From Pseudomonadota bacterium (GTDB lineage Bacteria; Pseudomonadota; Alphaproteobacteria; Sphingomonadales; SMXR01), in NCBI GenBank assembly GCA_022574255.1, contig JACZSK010000005.1, forward strand, positions 441-64,440: DNA of 64,000 nucleotides, in the 5' to 3' direction. Shown piece after piece: positions 26,983 to 37,422 of the stretch (within the stretch, counting starts at the first letter, position 1; each line of letters opens with the position of its first letter). Under the pieces are notes generated by a model. The model saw only the letters and a list, made by a program, of their open reading frames with translations. It was not told the DNA's origin and ran no database searches. Position numbers and translations under genes: made by a program.

Positions 26983-28001
26983 GGAACCAGTTTAGAGTCT
27001 CGGGTTATAAGGTCAACAGGGCGGTGCCAGGGCAGGGAGTGGCGGAACCGGTGGCGGGTAATTGGCAGAATTTTGACTCCGACGGGGCGGCGTGGGATGG
27101 GCTCTCGGGCCATGCGCCGTTGCCCCTGCAGCAGTCCTGGGGCTACGGTGAGGCGATGCGCAAGTTTGGCGCCCAGCCGTTGCGTCTGGTCTGTTGCGAC
27201 GACCGCAAGGTGATCGCTTCAGCCCAGTTGATGCGCAACCGATTGCTGCGATTTCTCAAGCCGGCGATGTGCTTCCGGGGGCCGCTGTGGACAGAGTCCT
27301 CCGACCCCCCCGATATGGCTGCCAGGTCGGAAAATTTGACCGATTTGAGGGCCATGTTCTCCAGGCGGCGGCTGGAATTCGTGCTGGTGATGCCGGAGCA
27401 GGAAGCAAGCCCCGAGGCACATTGCATGATGCGCGGCGCCGGTTTCAGACGCGTGATGACCGGCTATTCCACGATCTGGCTGGATTTGGCCGCGGATGCC
27501 GAAACGCTGCGCAGTAATCTCGATCCGAAATGGCGCAACAAGGTGGTGCGCGCGGAGCGCGGTGATCTTGAAATCAGCGTTGGCGGCAAGCGCGCGCATC
27601 AATATGCGTGGTTGCTGGAGCGCGAGGACGCACAGCGCGATGCGGTGCGTTATGTCGGCCTGCCCACCGGCCTGGTAGAGCATTTTGCCGGTGCATCCCG
27701 TAAGGGTGGGAAAAGAGGCGTGGTCAGCCTGACCGCCATAAGCAACCGCGACAAGGTGGCGGGTGCCTTGTTTTTGTTGCACGGAAATTCCGCCACCTAT
27801 TTCACCGGGTGGAGCGGCGCGGAAGGACGCGCCCTGGCGGCCCATAACCTGTTGCTGTGGCGGGCGATGATGGAATTAAAGGATTGCGGCATCCGCTGGC
27901 TCGACCTGGGCGGATTGAATACCACGCACGGTGCCGGCATAGCGCGGTTCAAACTGGGCATGGGCGCCCAGCCCCTGACGCTTGCAGGGACTTACCTATA
28001 G
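26964..28001 (+). CDS. FemAB-like / GNAT-fold acyltransferase family protein
   Basis: LQQSWGYGEAMRKFG near the N-terminus and LFLLHGNSATYFTGWSGAEGRALAAHNLLLWRAMMELKDCGIRWLDLGG near the C-terminus, which is the FemAB/CelD-like acetyltransferase pattern. The TTG start at 26964 is doubtful; the in-frame GTGs at 27024, 27039 and 27051 avoid overlap with the 26779-26982 ORF. Confidence 0.6.
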   Translation: MLFCWPWNQFRVSGYKVNRAVPGQGVAEPVAGNWQNFDSDGAAWDGLSGHAPLPLQQSWGYGEAMRKFGAQPLRLVCCDDRKVIASAQLMRNRLLRFLKPAMCFRGPLWTESSDPPDMAARSENLTDLRAMFSRRRLEFVLVMPEQEASPEAHCMMRGAGFRRVMTGYSTIWLDLAADAETLRSNLDPKWRNKVVRAERGDLEISVGGKRAHQYAWLLEREDAQRDAVRYVGLPTGLVEHFAGASRKGGKRGVVSLTAISNRDKVAGALFLLHGNSATYFTGWSGAEGRALAAHNLLLWRAMMELKDCGIRWLDLGGLNTTHGAGIARFKLGMGAQPLTLAGTYL

Positions 28002-28016
28002 GCTGTTCGGGGGTGG

Positions 28017-28259
28017 TTAGTCCGTGGTGGATACGCGGAACGAGACCGTTCCAGCCGGGTGAATTTCGCTGTGACTTACGCGCCGGCCCTCGGGGCCCTC
28101 AAGATAGTCGACCACGAATTTCCAGTGGAAATGCTGCAACATATCGCCCTTCTGAAAGGCCTCGCGGCTCAGTTCGACCGCCTTTTTTGCACCCAGCTCG
28201 AAACCGTAGGCTTCGGCCAGGAACATGGCGCATTGGCGATAGTAGTTGAGATTTTCCAT
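28017..28259 (-). CDS. Hypothetical 80-aa protein
   Basis: ATG-initiated ORF with non-repetitive, protein-like composition (MENLNYYRQCAMFLAEAYGFELGAKKAVELSREAFQKGDMLQHFHWKF...). I recognise no family. Confidence 0.4.
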   Translation of the reverse strand: MENLNYYRQCAMFLAEAYGFELGAKKAVELSREAFQKGDMLQHFHWKFVVDYLEGPEGRRVSHSEIHPAGTVSFRVSTTD

Positions 28260-28461
28260 TGCTGTCGTCTCTTGCGTTTGGTCAATTGCTTTTCTTGAGA
28301 GGTCTGGTCTTCAACACCGTTCGTAAGCGCAATATTGCCGGAAGCTTGTTAAGATTTTCCTTATATGCGGTGTTTTTCTTGGCATTTACGCTTGCGGGCG
28401 GGCCGCGAAAGCGGCAAGTTTTGGCGTGGACACCACTGATCAGATGATTAATTTTGCGGCG

Positions 28462-28496
28462 AAAAAAAATCCCCCCGGGCGGGAGCCCAAGGGGAG
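28462..28496 (-). terminator. Intrinsic-terminator-like hairpin plus U8 tract on the minus strand, with no annotated gene upstream of it
   Basis: The minus strand reads CTCCCC-TT-GGGC-TCCC-GCCC-GGGGGG-A-TTTTTTTT, which is 8-10 GC pairs with a 2-nt bulge followed by eight T. Confidence 0.5.
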
Positions 28497-28572
28497 TTAG
28501 GACGTCAGCAATGCTTTAGGGGAGGGAAGGGGAGAAAAGAAATGTCCTCCCGAAAGCAAGAGGAGCCTAGCA

Positions 28573-29820
28573 ATGTATGGTAAACAAATCGTTAACCATA
28601 TTGGCGCGCTAGGCTCGAAAGTCCTGAAATATTTCGAATTGGGTAAAGCCTCGCGGGCGGCCGAAGCAATCGACAGCCTTGATCCCGGACTCCCCGCTTC
28701 GCCGGGAGGTGTTGGCGGGGGTATGGATTTAGCCGACGATATGCCGGTTCCGGCGGCAACGGGCAACATCTGCACCAATTGCGGTGGACTGCTTCACGGG
28801 CCCTATTGCGCCACTTGCGGCCAGCGCGACCGCAATCTGCGCCGCCCGGTGTGGTATTTGTTTGCTGACCTGGGCGACGAAATATTTTCCCTGGATTCCC
28901 GCGTCTTCCAGACTCTGGGGCCATTATTGTTTTTGCCAGGCGCCCTGACCCGCGGTTTCTGGGAGGGCAAAAGGGCGCGCTTTGTGCCGCCAATTCGGCT
29001 TTATGTGTTCGCTTCGCTGTTCTTCTTTCTGATGGTCGCGGTGGCGGATGTGGCGATCCTGAAATTTTCTCTTGAGGCCCTGCCCAGCGATCAGGTGGAC
29101 ATGGCGCAGGTCCTGGAGGCCAGACGGGCGGCGGCTGACAAGCTGCGCGAGGCTGGCCTGCCGGTGCCTCCCGACTTCGCGGAACTCGAAAATCTTGAGG
29201 GCGACGGAGGCCCGCGGGCACCAGCGAAGACTGGCGATATTGATTACGATTTCGATATCTCGATGTTTGTGCCAATTGGTGACACTGATGGCGAGGACCA
29301 GTTGGCAAGCGGAGCATTTGATAACGCCTACAAGGAACTGGAAGAGCAACGTGCCGATTCCACCGGGACCGAGGACGACCTGCTTGCCTTTACTGAACGC
29401 GTTCTGCATGGCTTTGAGCGCGCGACGCAGGATCCGGGGCGGTTGAACGACGCTCTCAATAACTGGATTCCGCTGACCATGATCGTTCTTCTGCCAGTTT
29501 TCGCGGTCATCCTGCGGGTCTTTTATTGGGGCAGGAACCACCGGCTTATCAAGCAGTTGGTTTTTTCCCTGCATTTCCACTCGTACATTTTTCTGATTCT
29601 CGCTTTTCTGATCATCGCGCAAAAGGTCTGGGGCGCCGCCGCCAGCAGCTGGATGTTTCTCGCTGCCGTGCCGCTGTATCTGTTCCTCGGCCTCAGAACC
29701 GCGTCCCGGCAGGGCTGGATACCCACATTCTTCAAATTTCTCATGATTTCCGTGATCTACGTAATCCTCATGTCTTTCACCGTGACCACAGCCGTGCTGA
29801 TGGGGCTGGCCGATATCTAG
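28573..29820 (+). CDS. DUF3667-like zinc-ribbon membrane protein
   Basis: CTNCGGLLHGPYCATCGQRD (CxxC...CxxC) followed by RRPVWYLFADLGDEIFSLDSRVFQTLGPLLFLPGALTRGF and several transmembrane segments. ATG 28573 has GAGGAG 7 nt upstream. ATG 28723 is an alternative start. Confidence 0.7.
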   Translation: MYGKQIVNHIGALGSKVLKYFELGKASRAAEAIDSLDPGLPASPGGVGGGMDLADDMPVPAATGNICTNCGGLLHGPYCATCGQRDRNLRRPVWYLFADLGDEIFSLDSRVFQTLGPLLFLPGALTRGFWEGKRARFVPPIRLYVFASLFFFLMVAVADVAILKFSLEALPSDQVDMAQVLEARRAAADKLREAGLPVPPDFAELENLEGDGGPRAPAKTGDIDYDFDISMFVPIGDTDGEDQLASGAFDNAYKELEEQRADSTGTEDDLLAFTERVLHGFERATQDPGRLNDALNNWIPLTMIVLLPVFAVILRVFYWGRNHRLIKQLVFSLHFHSYIFLILAFLIIAQKVWGAAASSWMFLAAVPLYLFLGLRTASRQGWIPTFFKFLMISVIYVILMSFTVTTAVLMGLADI

Positions 29821-29842
29821 AGCACCCGGCAGTAGCGGCCTC

Positions 29843-30253
29843 TTAGTCTCCGCTGTCTTTGTCGGGGGCGAATTCCAGCGACAGGGAATTGGTGCAATAT
29901 CTGAGGCCGGTCGGCCCCGGCCCGTCGGGAAAAACATGACCCAAATGGCCATCGCAGCGGCTGCAGAGAATCTCGCGGCGCGTCATGCCATGGGTATGAT
30001 CGAGACGCTCCATCACATGGCCGGCGTCGATGGCTTGGCTAAAACTGGGCCAGCCACAGCCGGAATCATATTTGGCTGTTGACGAGAACAACTCTGCACC
30101 GCAGCTGGCGCAGAGATAGGTGCCGGTCGCCTTGTTATCCAGAAGCGCGCCGGTAAAAGCCGGTTCGGTTCCGCCCCGGCGGCAAACCCGGTAAGCGTCC
30201 TCGCCCAGCTGGGCTTTCCATTCGTCCTCGCTCTTTGTGGTCTTGTCATTCAT
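29843..30253 (-). CDS. msrB: Peptide-methionine (R)-S-oxide reductase
   Basis: [24 protein letters not shown] and [16 protein letters not shown]. The start was trimmed to ATG 30253 (MNDKTT...) to avoid overlapping the end of sppA. Confidence 0.9.
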   Translation of the reverse strand: MNDKTTKSEDEWKAQLGEDAYRVCRRGGTEPAFTGALLDNKATGTYLCASCGAELFSSTAKYDSGCGWPSFSQAIDAGHVMERLDHTHGMTRREILCSRCDGHLGHVFPDGPGPTGLRYCTNSLSLEFAPDKDSGD

Positions 30254-30266
30254 GGCATCGGGTCCG

Positions 30267-32096
30267 CTATTGAGCCCGGCATTCCAGGCAAAGCGCATAG
30301 ACATTCTGCGGGTCGTTCAAGGCCAGAAAATCGGTGATTTCCGTCTCAAGGTCGCGGATCATGCGGCGCAAGGGGCTTCGTATGTTCGCCAAATTGACTT
30401 CCTGGCTGGCCAAAGGCGCGAACAGAAAATCGACCAGGCGTTGCTCGAACGTGGGCTCATCCTGAATATATACTGTTCTGTAATCGCTGATATCCGCCAG
30501 CTTTGCCGCCGCCGCCACCGCGTCATCCAGCGAGCCAAGGTTATCGACCAGTCCCAGGTCTTTTGCGGTCGCGCCGGCCCAGACCCTGCCCTGGCCAACG
30601 GCGTCGACTTCTTCCTTCGTCATGCCGCGACCGTTTGCAACCCGCGTGATAAACTTGTCGTAGCCACTTTCTATGGATTGTTGCACCAAATTCTTCAGCA
30701 ATTCCGGCATTGGCCGTGTCGGATCAAGGGCGCCCGACAGCGGTGTTGTGCCGACGCCGTCGCTGTGTATACCAATGGAGTCCAGAGTCTCGTCGAATGT
30801 CGGGAAAATTGCGATGATACCAATGGAGCCTGTGATCGTGGTTGGCGCTGCCCATATCTCGTCTGCTGTCGAGGCAATCCAGTACCCACCGGAAGCCGCC
30901 ACCGCTCCCATGGAGGCAACGATGGGCATGCCCTCTGCCTGGGTTGCTTCCACCTCGCGGCGGATAACCTCCGAGGCGAAGACGCTGCCACCGCCGCTAT
31001 CTATCCGCAGAACGATTCCTTTCACGTTCTTGGCCGCTCGCGCCTTGCGTATCAGGCGTGCGATGGTATCGCCGCCAGCCGCGCCAGCGTCCTGTTCGCC
31101 ATCGAGAATCGATCCGCGCGCCACAACAACTGCAATGCTGCCGTCTCTTTTCTCGTCGGAAGAACCGGTTGCGGAGACGTAACTGGCCAGCGAAATCTGC
31201 TTGTATGAAACACCGTTCCCGTTGCCGTTTGACCCGACGACCCCGGCCATATGCTCCTGCCATTCTTTCCAGCTCTTGAGGCCATCCACAAGGCCACCCT
31301 GCTCAGCCAGAAGGGCAAAATCGCCATTTGCGATACGAAGGTCTTCGGCGATATTCTCGAAGCTGGCGCGGAATACGGCCGCATCCAATTCGCGCTCGCG
31401 GGCCACCTCTTCGATATAGGCATCCCACAAAACCTTGAGCACCGCGGAATAGCTTTCGCGCGCCGCCGGCGACATGTCGTCGCGCAAATATGGCTCACCG
31501 AAAGTTTTGTATTCACCGATGCGGAAAACGTGAAAATTGGCCTTGAGCTTTTCGATGCCGGATTTGAAATATGTCGGATATATGCCGTAGCCGGTTAGGA
31601 AAACGCCGCCGAACGGATGCATGTAAACTTCGTCGGCATGGGCGGCCAGCAGATATTGACCCTGGCTGTAGCCGTTGCCGTAGGCATAAACCGGTTTTCC
31701 GCTTTCCTTGAATTCGTCGATGACGGTGCCGAGATAATGCAATTGGCTGATGCCTGCGCTCAGCAGGCCGTCCAGTGACAGCACAAGGGCAGTGATACGC
31801 TCGTCATCCCTGGCAGTTCGAATGGCGCCGGCGATGTCGCGCAGCAAGGTCTCCGGGGGCCGGCGATCCTGCCCCAGCACCGCTGCAATGGGGTCGCGCG
31901 CCGTCAACTGTTCGACAATTATGCCCGCCGGGTCGATAACCAGCGCGCCGCCGTCAGGAACGCGCGGCGCATCATGGCCGAATATCGCGCTGCCGAAAAT
32001 AAAAAGAAGAAACAGAAAGAGCAGCGTGCCGGCCAGGCTCTGCAGCGCCTTCAAACTCCGCCACAGGCCGCCGAAAAGTGCTTTGAGAAATTTCAT
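30267..32096 (-). CDS. sppA: Signal peptide peptidase SppA, 67K type (tandem S49 domains)
   Basis: An N-terminal transmembrane segment and two ClpP/crotonase-like halves, including [20 protein letters not shown]. The start was trimmed to ATG 32096 ([10 protein letters not shown]...). Confidence 0.85.
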   Translation of the reverse strand: MKFLKALFGGLWRSLKALQSLAGTLLFLFLLFIFGSAIFGHDAPRVPDGGALVIDPAGIIVEQLTARDPIAAVLGQDRRPPETLLRDIAGAIRTARDDERITALVLSLDGLLSAGISQLHYLGTVIDEFKESGKPVYAYGNGYSQGQYLLAAHADEVYMHPFGGVFLTGYGIYPTYFKSGIEKLKANFHVFRIGEYKTFGEPYLRDDMSPAARESYSAVLKVLWDAYIEEVARERELDAAVFRASFENIAEDLRIANGDFALLAEQGGLVDGLKSWKEWQEHMAGVVGSNGNGNGVSYKQISLASYVSATGSSDEKRDGSIAVVVARGSILDGEQDAGAAGGDTIARLIRKARAAKNVKGIVLRIDSGGGSVFASEVIRREVEATQAEGMPIVASMGAVAASGGYWIASTADEIWAAPTTITGSIGIIAIFPTFDETLDSIGIHSDGVGTTPLSGALDPTRPMPELLKNLVQQSIESGYDKFITRVANGRGMTKEEVDAVGQGRVWAGATAKDLGLVDNLGSLDDAVAAAAKLADISDYRTVYIQDEPTFEQRLVDFLFAPLASQEVNLANIRSPLRRMIRDLETEITDFLALNDPQNVYALCLECRAQ

Positions 32097-32136
32097 AAAT
32101 CGTTTCCGTTTTTTGAAAATACAGTCCCCGCCAGCC

Positions 32137-33459
32137 TCAACATTTGTCCAAAAGTGTAAGCATTTCCTCAATATGGGAAATCTTGGCACGAGGCGCCACC
32201 CCCTGCGCCGCCTTTATTTCTGCCGCCTCGATCTTTTTCCAGTCATCGAAGGAGGTGATTCTGAACCCCCTCTCGGAAGCAATCCTGTCCAACCCGCCGC
32301 AGCAGGCCTTTCCGCGGGGGCTGACTTCGGCCAAAATTCTTTCCGCCACACCCATGCCATCGGGGCGATTGGTGCCAATTGTTCCCGTCGGCCCGCGCCG
32401 CGCCCAGCCAACCACATACAGGCGATCCTCGATTTTTCCGTCTTCGTTGGGGAAAAGGCCTCGCCCCTCATCGAAGGTGGCGCCTTCCATCGGGTCGCTG
32501 AGATAACCAATACAGGGAACGATCAGCCCGCATTCGATATCGAATGTCTTGCCGGTGCCAAGGTATTTTCCGTCCTCGAACCTGGTCTTTTCCAGCCGCA
32601 GGCCGGTCACTCTCTTGTCGCCCAGAATCTCAACGGGTCTGGCGCAGAATGCGATGTGCAAGCGCACCGGTTTGTCACCGGCGTCGTTTTCAGCGAAAGC
32701 GCGCAGGTGATTGAGGTTCTTGGTCTTCACGGGAATTGCTTTTTCCGGGATATCACCCAGCTCGTCGGGAATCTGGCCGGCGTCAACCAGCGCTACGCAA
32801 TTCTCCAACTCCCCCAGTTCACCGAGCTCTTTGTGGGTGAATTTGGCTTCCACCGGACCGCGCCGCCCAAGCATCCACAAGTCTTCAATGGCTGATGCCT
32901 GGATGGCATGGCTGGCATAGCTGGTGAGGTCTGAGGCGGCCATTTCACCGGTGGTTTTAGCCAAAACCCTGACCACATCGACCGCCACGTTGCCGTTTCC
33001 GATAACCGCAACGGATTTCACCGCCAGGTCCGGAGAAAGATCGGCGAAATCCGGGTGGCCATTATACCAGCCAACGAAGGCAGCCGAGCCGACGACTCCC
33101 GCCTTGTCGTCACCCGGAATTCCCAGCCGCCGGTCATTCGGCGCGCCGGTGGCGATCACCACGGCGTCATACATTTCCCGCAACTCCGCCAGGCTGACGT
33201 CGCGCCCGACTTCCAGGTTGCCCAGAAAACGCACATTTTCATTGCCGGAGGTCTTTTCGTAGCGCCGCATAACCCCCTTGATTGATTGATGGTCGGGGGC
33301 GACGCCGCCGCGGATCAATCCATATGGGGTCGGCAGCCGGTCGACTATATCGACCCGTATATTCTCAGCATTTTTTACCAGGCCCTCGGCGGTGTAATAG
33401 CCCGCCGGCCCAGAGCCGATTATGGCAACCCAGAGGGTCCTGGAATCGTTCTCACTCAT
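32137..33459 (-). CDS. FprA/adrenodoxin-reductase-type NADPH:ferredoxin oxidoreductase
   Basis: 440 aa with VAIIGSGPAGYYTAEGL (FAD), VAVIGNGNVAVDVVRVL (NADPH) and the C-terminal YVVGWARRGPTGTIGTN. Confidence 0.8.
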   Translation of the reverse strand: MSENDSRTLWVAIIGSGPAGYYTAEGLVKNAENIRVDIVDRLPTPYGLIRGGVAPDHQSIKGVMRRYEKTSGNENVRFLGNLEVGRDVSLAELREMYDAVVIATGAPNDRRLGIPGDDKAGVVGSAAFVGWYNGHPDFADLSPDLAVKSVAVIGNGNVAVDVVRVLAKTTGEMAASDLTSYASHAIQASAIEDLWMLGRRGPVEAKFTHKELGELGELENCVALVDAGQIPDELGDIPEKAIPVKTKNLNHLRAFAENDAGDKPVRLHIAFCARPVEILGDKRVTGLRLEKTRFEDGKYLGTGKTFDIECGLIVPCIGYLSDPMEGATFDEGRGLFPNEDGKIEDRLYVVGWARRGPTGTIGTNRPDGMGVAERILAEVSPRGKACCGGLDRIASERGFRITSFDDWKKIEAAEIKAAQGVAPRAKISHIEEMLTLLDKC

Positions 33460-33590
33460 AACCTGCCCTGACTTGCACGGAGCTGCTTTCTGCCGGATCA
33501 GCTCATTGGGAACTCACCATAAGTGCCACGGGGCGGGGGTCAAGAGCGTCTGTTCAGCGCAATCACCGCTGATTTTGGGCAAACGGTGCC

Positions 33591-33619
33591 TTGACATTGC
33601 GGTCCTGATCTCCAATATG
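33591..33619 (+). promoter_or_regulatory. Promoter candidate for groESL
   Basis: TTGACA (33591-33596), a 17-nt spacer, then AATATG (33614-33619), immediately upstream of CIRCE. Based on pattern match only. Confidence 0.35.
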
Positions 33620-33631
33620 CACCTCGACCCG

Positions 33632-33658
33632 TTGGCACTCATATGGTATGAGTGCTAA
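33632..33658 (+). promoter_or_regulatory. CIRCE operator (HrcA-binding inverted repeat)
   Basis: TTGGCACTC-N9-GAGTGCTAA against the consensus TTAGCACTC-N9-GAGTGCTAA, 69 bp upstream of groES. Confidence 0.85.
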
Positions 33659-33726
33659 CAAGCGATTTTGGCCCTTTTGGGCCCCTCAATTCAGAGATTG
33701 AAATCAAACCTTAGAAGGGATGAAAG

Positions 33727-34014
33727 ATGGCGTTACGTCCACTCCACGACCGGGTGCTGATCCGTCGTATCGATAACGAAGAAAAAACTGCCGGCGGCAT
33801 TATCCTGCCGGATTCCGTGCAGGAAAAGCCCAGCGAGGGCGAGGTAATGGCGGTTGGCGCCGGCACCAAATCAGAGGAAGGCAAGATCACGCCGCTGGAC
33901 GTCAAGAAAGGCGATCGAATTCTGTTCGGTAAATGGTCCGGAACAGAGGTCAAGGTCGACAATGTCGAACTGTTGATCATGAAGGAATCCGACATCATGG
34001 GCGTTATCGAGTAA
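33727..34014 (+). CDS. groES: Co-chaperonin GroES
   Basis: 95 aa: [30 protein letters not shown]... Confidence 0.97.
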   Translation: MALRPLHDRVLIRRIDNEEKTAGGIILPDSVQEKPSEGEVMAVGAGTKSEEGKITPLDVKKGDRILFGKWSGTEVKVDNVELLIMKESDIMGVIE

Positions 34015-34053
34015 TTGCCCGACCGAAACATCTCATAAAGAATTATCACATAA

Positions 34054-35706
<1,653 letters not shown>

Positions 35707-35737
35707 ACAGCCTGAACCCACTGCAAGAAAATTGAGA

Positions 35738-35771
35738 AAGGCTGCGGGTTCGCCCGCGGCCTTTTTCTTTG
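35738..35771 (+). terminator. Rho-independent terminator of groESL
   Basis: AAAGGCTGCGGG-TTCG-CCCGCGGCCTTT, a 12-bp stem with a UUCG loop, followed by TTCTTT. Confidence 0.8.
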
Positions 35772-36062
35772 GCTGTTTTGTGCGGGGCGCCAACCAGGGG
35801 TTTACTCAATTTTCAGCATTGAAGCCTTCGATTATGCAAATGCGCCAGGGCACATGGGCTTATCTGGACTCGACGCGCTGAATCACCATTCCGTCGATCC
35901 CTCCGGGTCCGCTTTCCCGAAATATATTTACCAGTGGCGGGCCTGGCTGCGGGCCCGAAGCGAATTAATTTCTTGCATTAGGCGGCGCATTTGACTATCG
36001 GGTAGCGAAATTCAAGAAGACACAGCAAATGAACGCAGGATTGAGGTTATAAGTTGGAACAT

Positions 36063-37418
36063 ATGAAACGAATTCTTTCCCCAAGAATTCTGGCTGCCGC
36101 TCTTTTTGTCAGCCTTTTTACCGGCCCGCTCGTCCCGGCTTCCGCATCCGCCCAAACGATTGAAGATTTGCAGCGCCAGATAGACGCGTTGCAGGCGCAG
36201 CTTGACGCAATGAGCGAAAGGCATGATGCCGATGAGGCGGCACGGACCGAACAGGTAAAGGCGGAAGCCGCGCCCATGGAGAGCGCTGAACAGCAGCAGG
36301 TTCAGATCAAATGGGGTCCGGCACCCACATTCACCAGTCCCGATGGCCTTTTTCAGATGAAACTCAGGGGGCGCCTGCTGGTCGATGCCGGCAGGGTCAG
36401 GGTGGATGACGGGCGGGAAAGAATCGGCGCAACGGAATTCCGCGCCGCACGCCTGGGAATAGAAGGCAAGGCCTGGCGGACCATTGGGTATAAATTTGAA
36501 GTGGATTTTGCCGGCAATGATGTGTCGGTGAAAGACGCCTATATTTCATGGAAGGGGCCGGTTGGAATCAAGGTCGGGCAATTCAAGCTGGGCACCTCAC
36601 TGGAAGAAGCGACAAGCAGCCGCTTTACAACATTCACGGAGCGCGCTTCCTTTACAGACGCCTTCGGTTTTGGCCGCCAGATAGGCATTGGAGTCGATAA
36701 GAGCGGTGACAACTGGAGTGCGCAGGCGGCCATCTTCCGAGGCACTATCTCAAGCAGCGACCAGGATGAAGGCGTCACCTTGGCCGGGCGCGTAACCTAC
36801 GGTCCCAAAATTGGCAATATCCAGGCCCATGTTGGTGGCTCGGTTCGATATCGTAATGCCGGCAGGGACCAGTCCAGCTTCCGCTACAGCCAGCGCCCGC
36901 ATAATCACCTGGCCGCCAAGTATCTTGATACCGGCAGCCTGGCGCGCAGGGACACATTCTGGGGCATTGAAGCCGCCGCTGTGCGGGGGCCGCTGTCATT
37001 CCAGGCAGAATACGGATGGCTGGACGTCAATCTCACCAGCTCCGGAATCGACGGCCCTGTCTTTACGGGAGGGTATGCAAGCCTAAGCTGGTTCATTACC
37101 GGCGAGTCCCGATCCTACAAGGCCGGCAAGGGCGCCTTTGACCGGGTTAAAGTCGCGCGCCCGGTTTTCGAGGGTGGTCCGGGAGCCTGGCAGGTAGCCG
37201 TACGCTATGACCGGATCGACCTGTCGGAAGGGGTCATACGAGGTGGCGAGCAGGATAGTTATATTCTCGGCGTGAACTGGTATTTGAACAACAACACACG
37301 GCTCATGGCAAATTACTCTCACTCCGAGATTGTCGATTCTTTCCAGGGCATTTTGTCGGCCCGGAATGGCGATGCTCAAGTCGATGCCTTTGGTGTTCGC
37401 GCCCAGATCGACTGGTAA
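36063..37418 (+). CDS. OprO/OprP-family (phosphate-selective-type) outer-membrane porin
   Basis: Signal peptide, an N-terminal coiled coil IEDLQRQIDALQAQLDAM, then a beta-rich body ending AFGVRAQIDW (aromatic C-terminus). The family assignment is by resemblance and the substrate is unknown. ATG 36063 is preferred over 36054. Confidence 0.65.
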   Translation: MKRILSPRILAAALFVSLFTGPLVPASASAQTIEDLQRQIDALQAQLDAMSERHDADEAARTEQVKAEAAPMESAEQQQVQIKWGPAPTFTSPDGLFQMKLRGRLLVDAGRVRVDDGRERIGATEFRAARLGIEGKAWRTIGYKFEVDFAGNDVSVKDAYISWKGPVGIKVGQFKLGTSLEEATSSRFTTFTERASFTDAFGFGRQIGIGVDKSGDNWSAQAAIFRGTISSSDQDEGVTLAGRVTYGPKIGNIQAHVGGSVRYRNAGRDQSSFRYSQRPHNHLAAKYLDTGSLARRDTFWGIEAAAVRGPLSFQAEYGWLDVNLTSSGIDGPVFTGGYASLSWFITGESRSYKAGKGAFDRVKVARPVFEGGPGAWQVAVRYDRIDLSEGVIRGGEQDSYILGVNWYLNNNTRLMANYSHSEIVDSFQGILSARNGDAQVDAFGVRAQIDW

Positions 37419-37422
37419 TTTC

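Noticed and set aside
26660-29820. Integrative element inserted at tRNA-Gln
   Set aside because: There is no integrase, excisionase or transposase gene. By eye I found no direct repeat of the tRNA 3' end (ggttcgatccctgccgcccca) downstream. It is kept only as a low-interest synteny question.
28924-32895. Long shadow ORFs 28924-29952 (minus strand), 30237-31208 (plus strand) and 31750-32895 (plus strand)
   Set aside because: They are antisense to the DUF3667 gene, sppA and the FprA-type reductase gene respectively, and I recognise no motifs in them.
36054-36062. A Pho box or a riboswitch upstream of the OprO/P-like porin
   Set aside because: No CTGTCAT-type direct repeats or known riboswitch cores were recognisable in 35773-36062. 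I make no regulatory claim.
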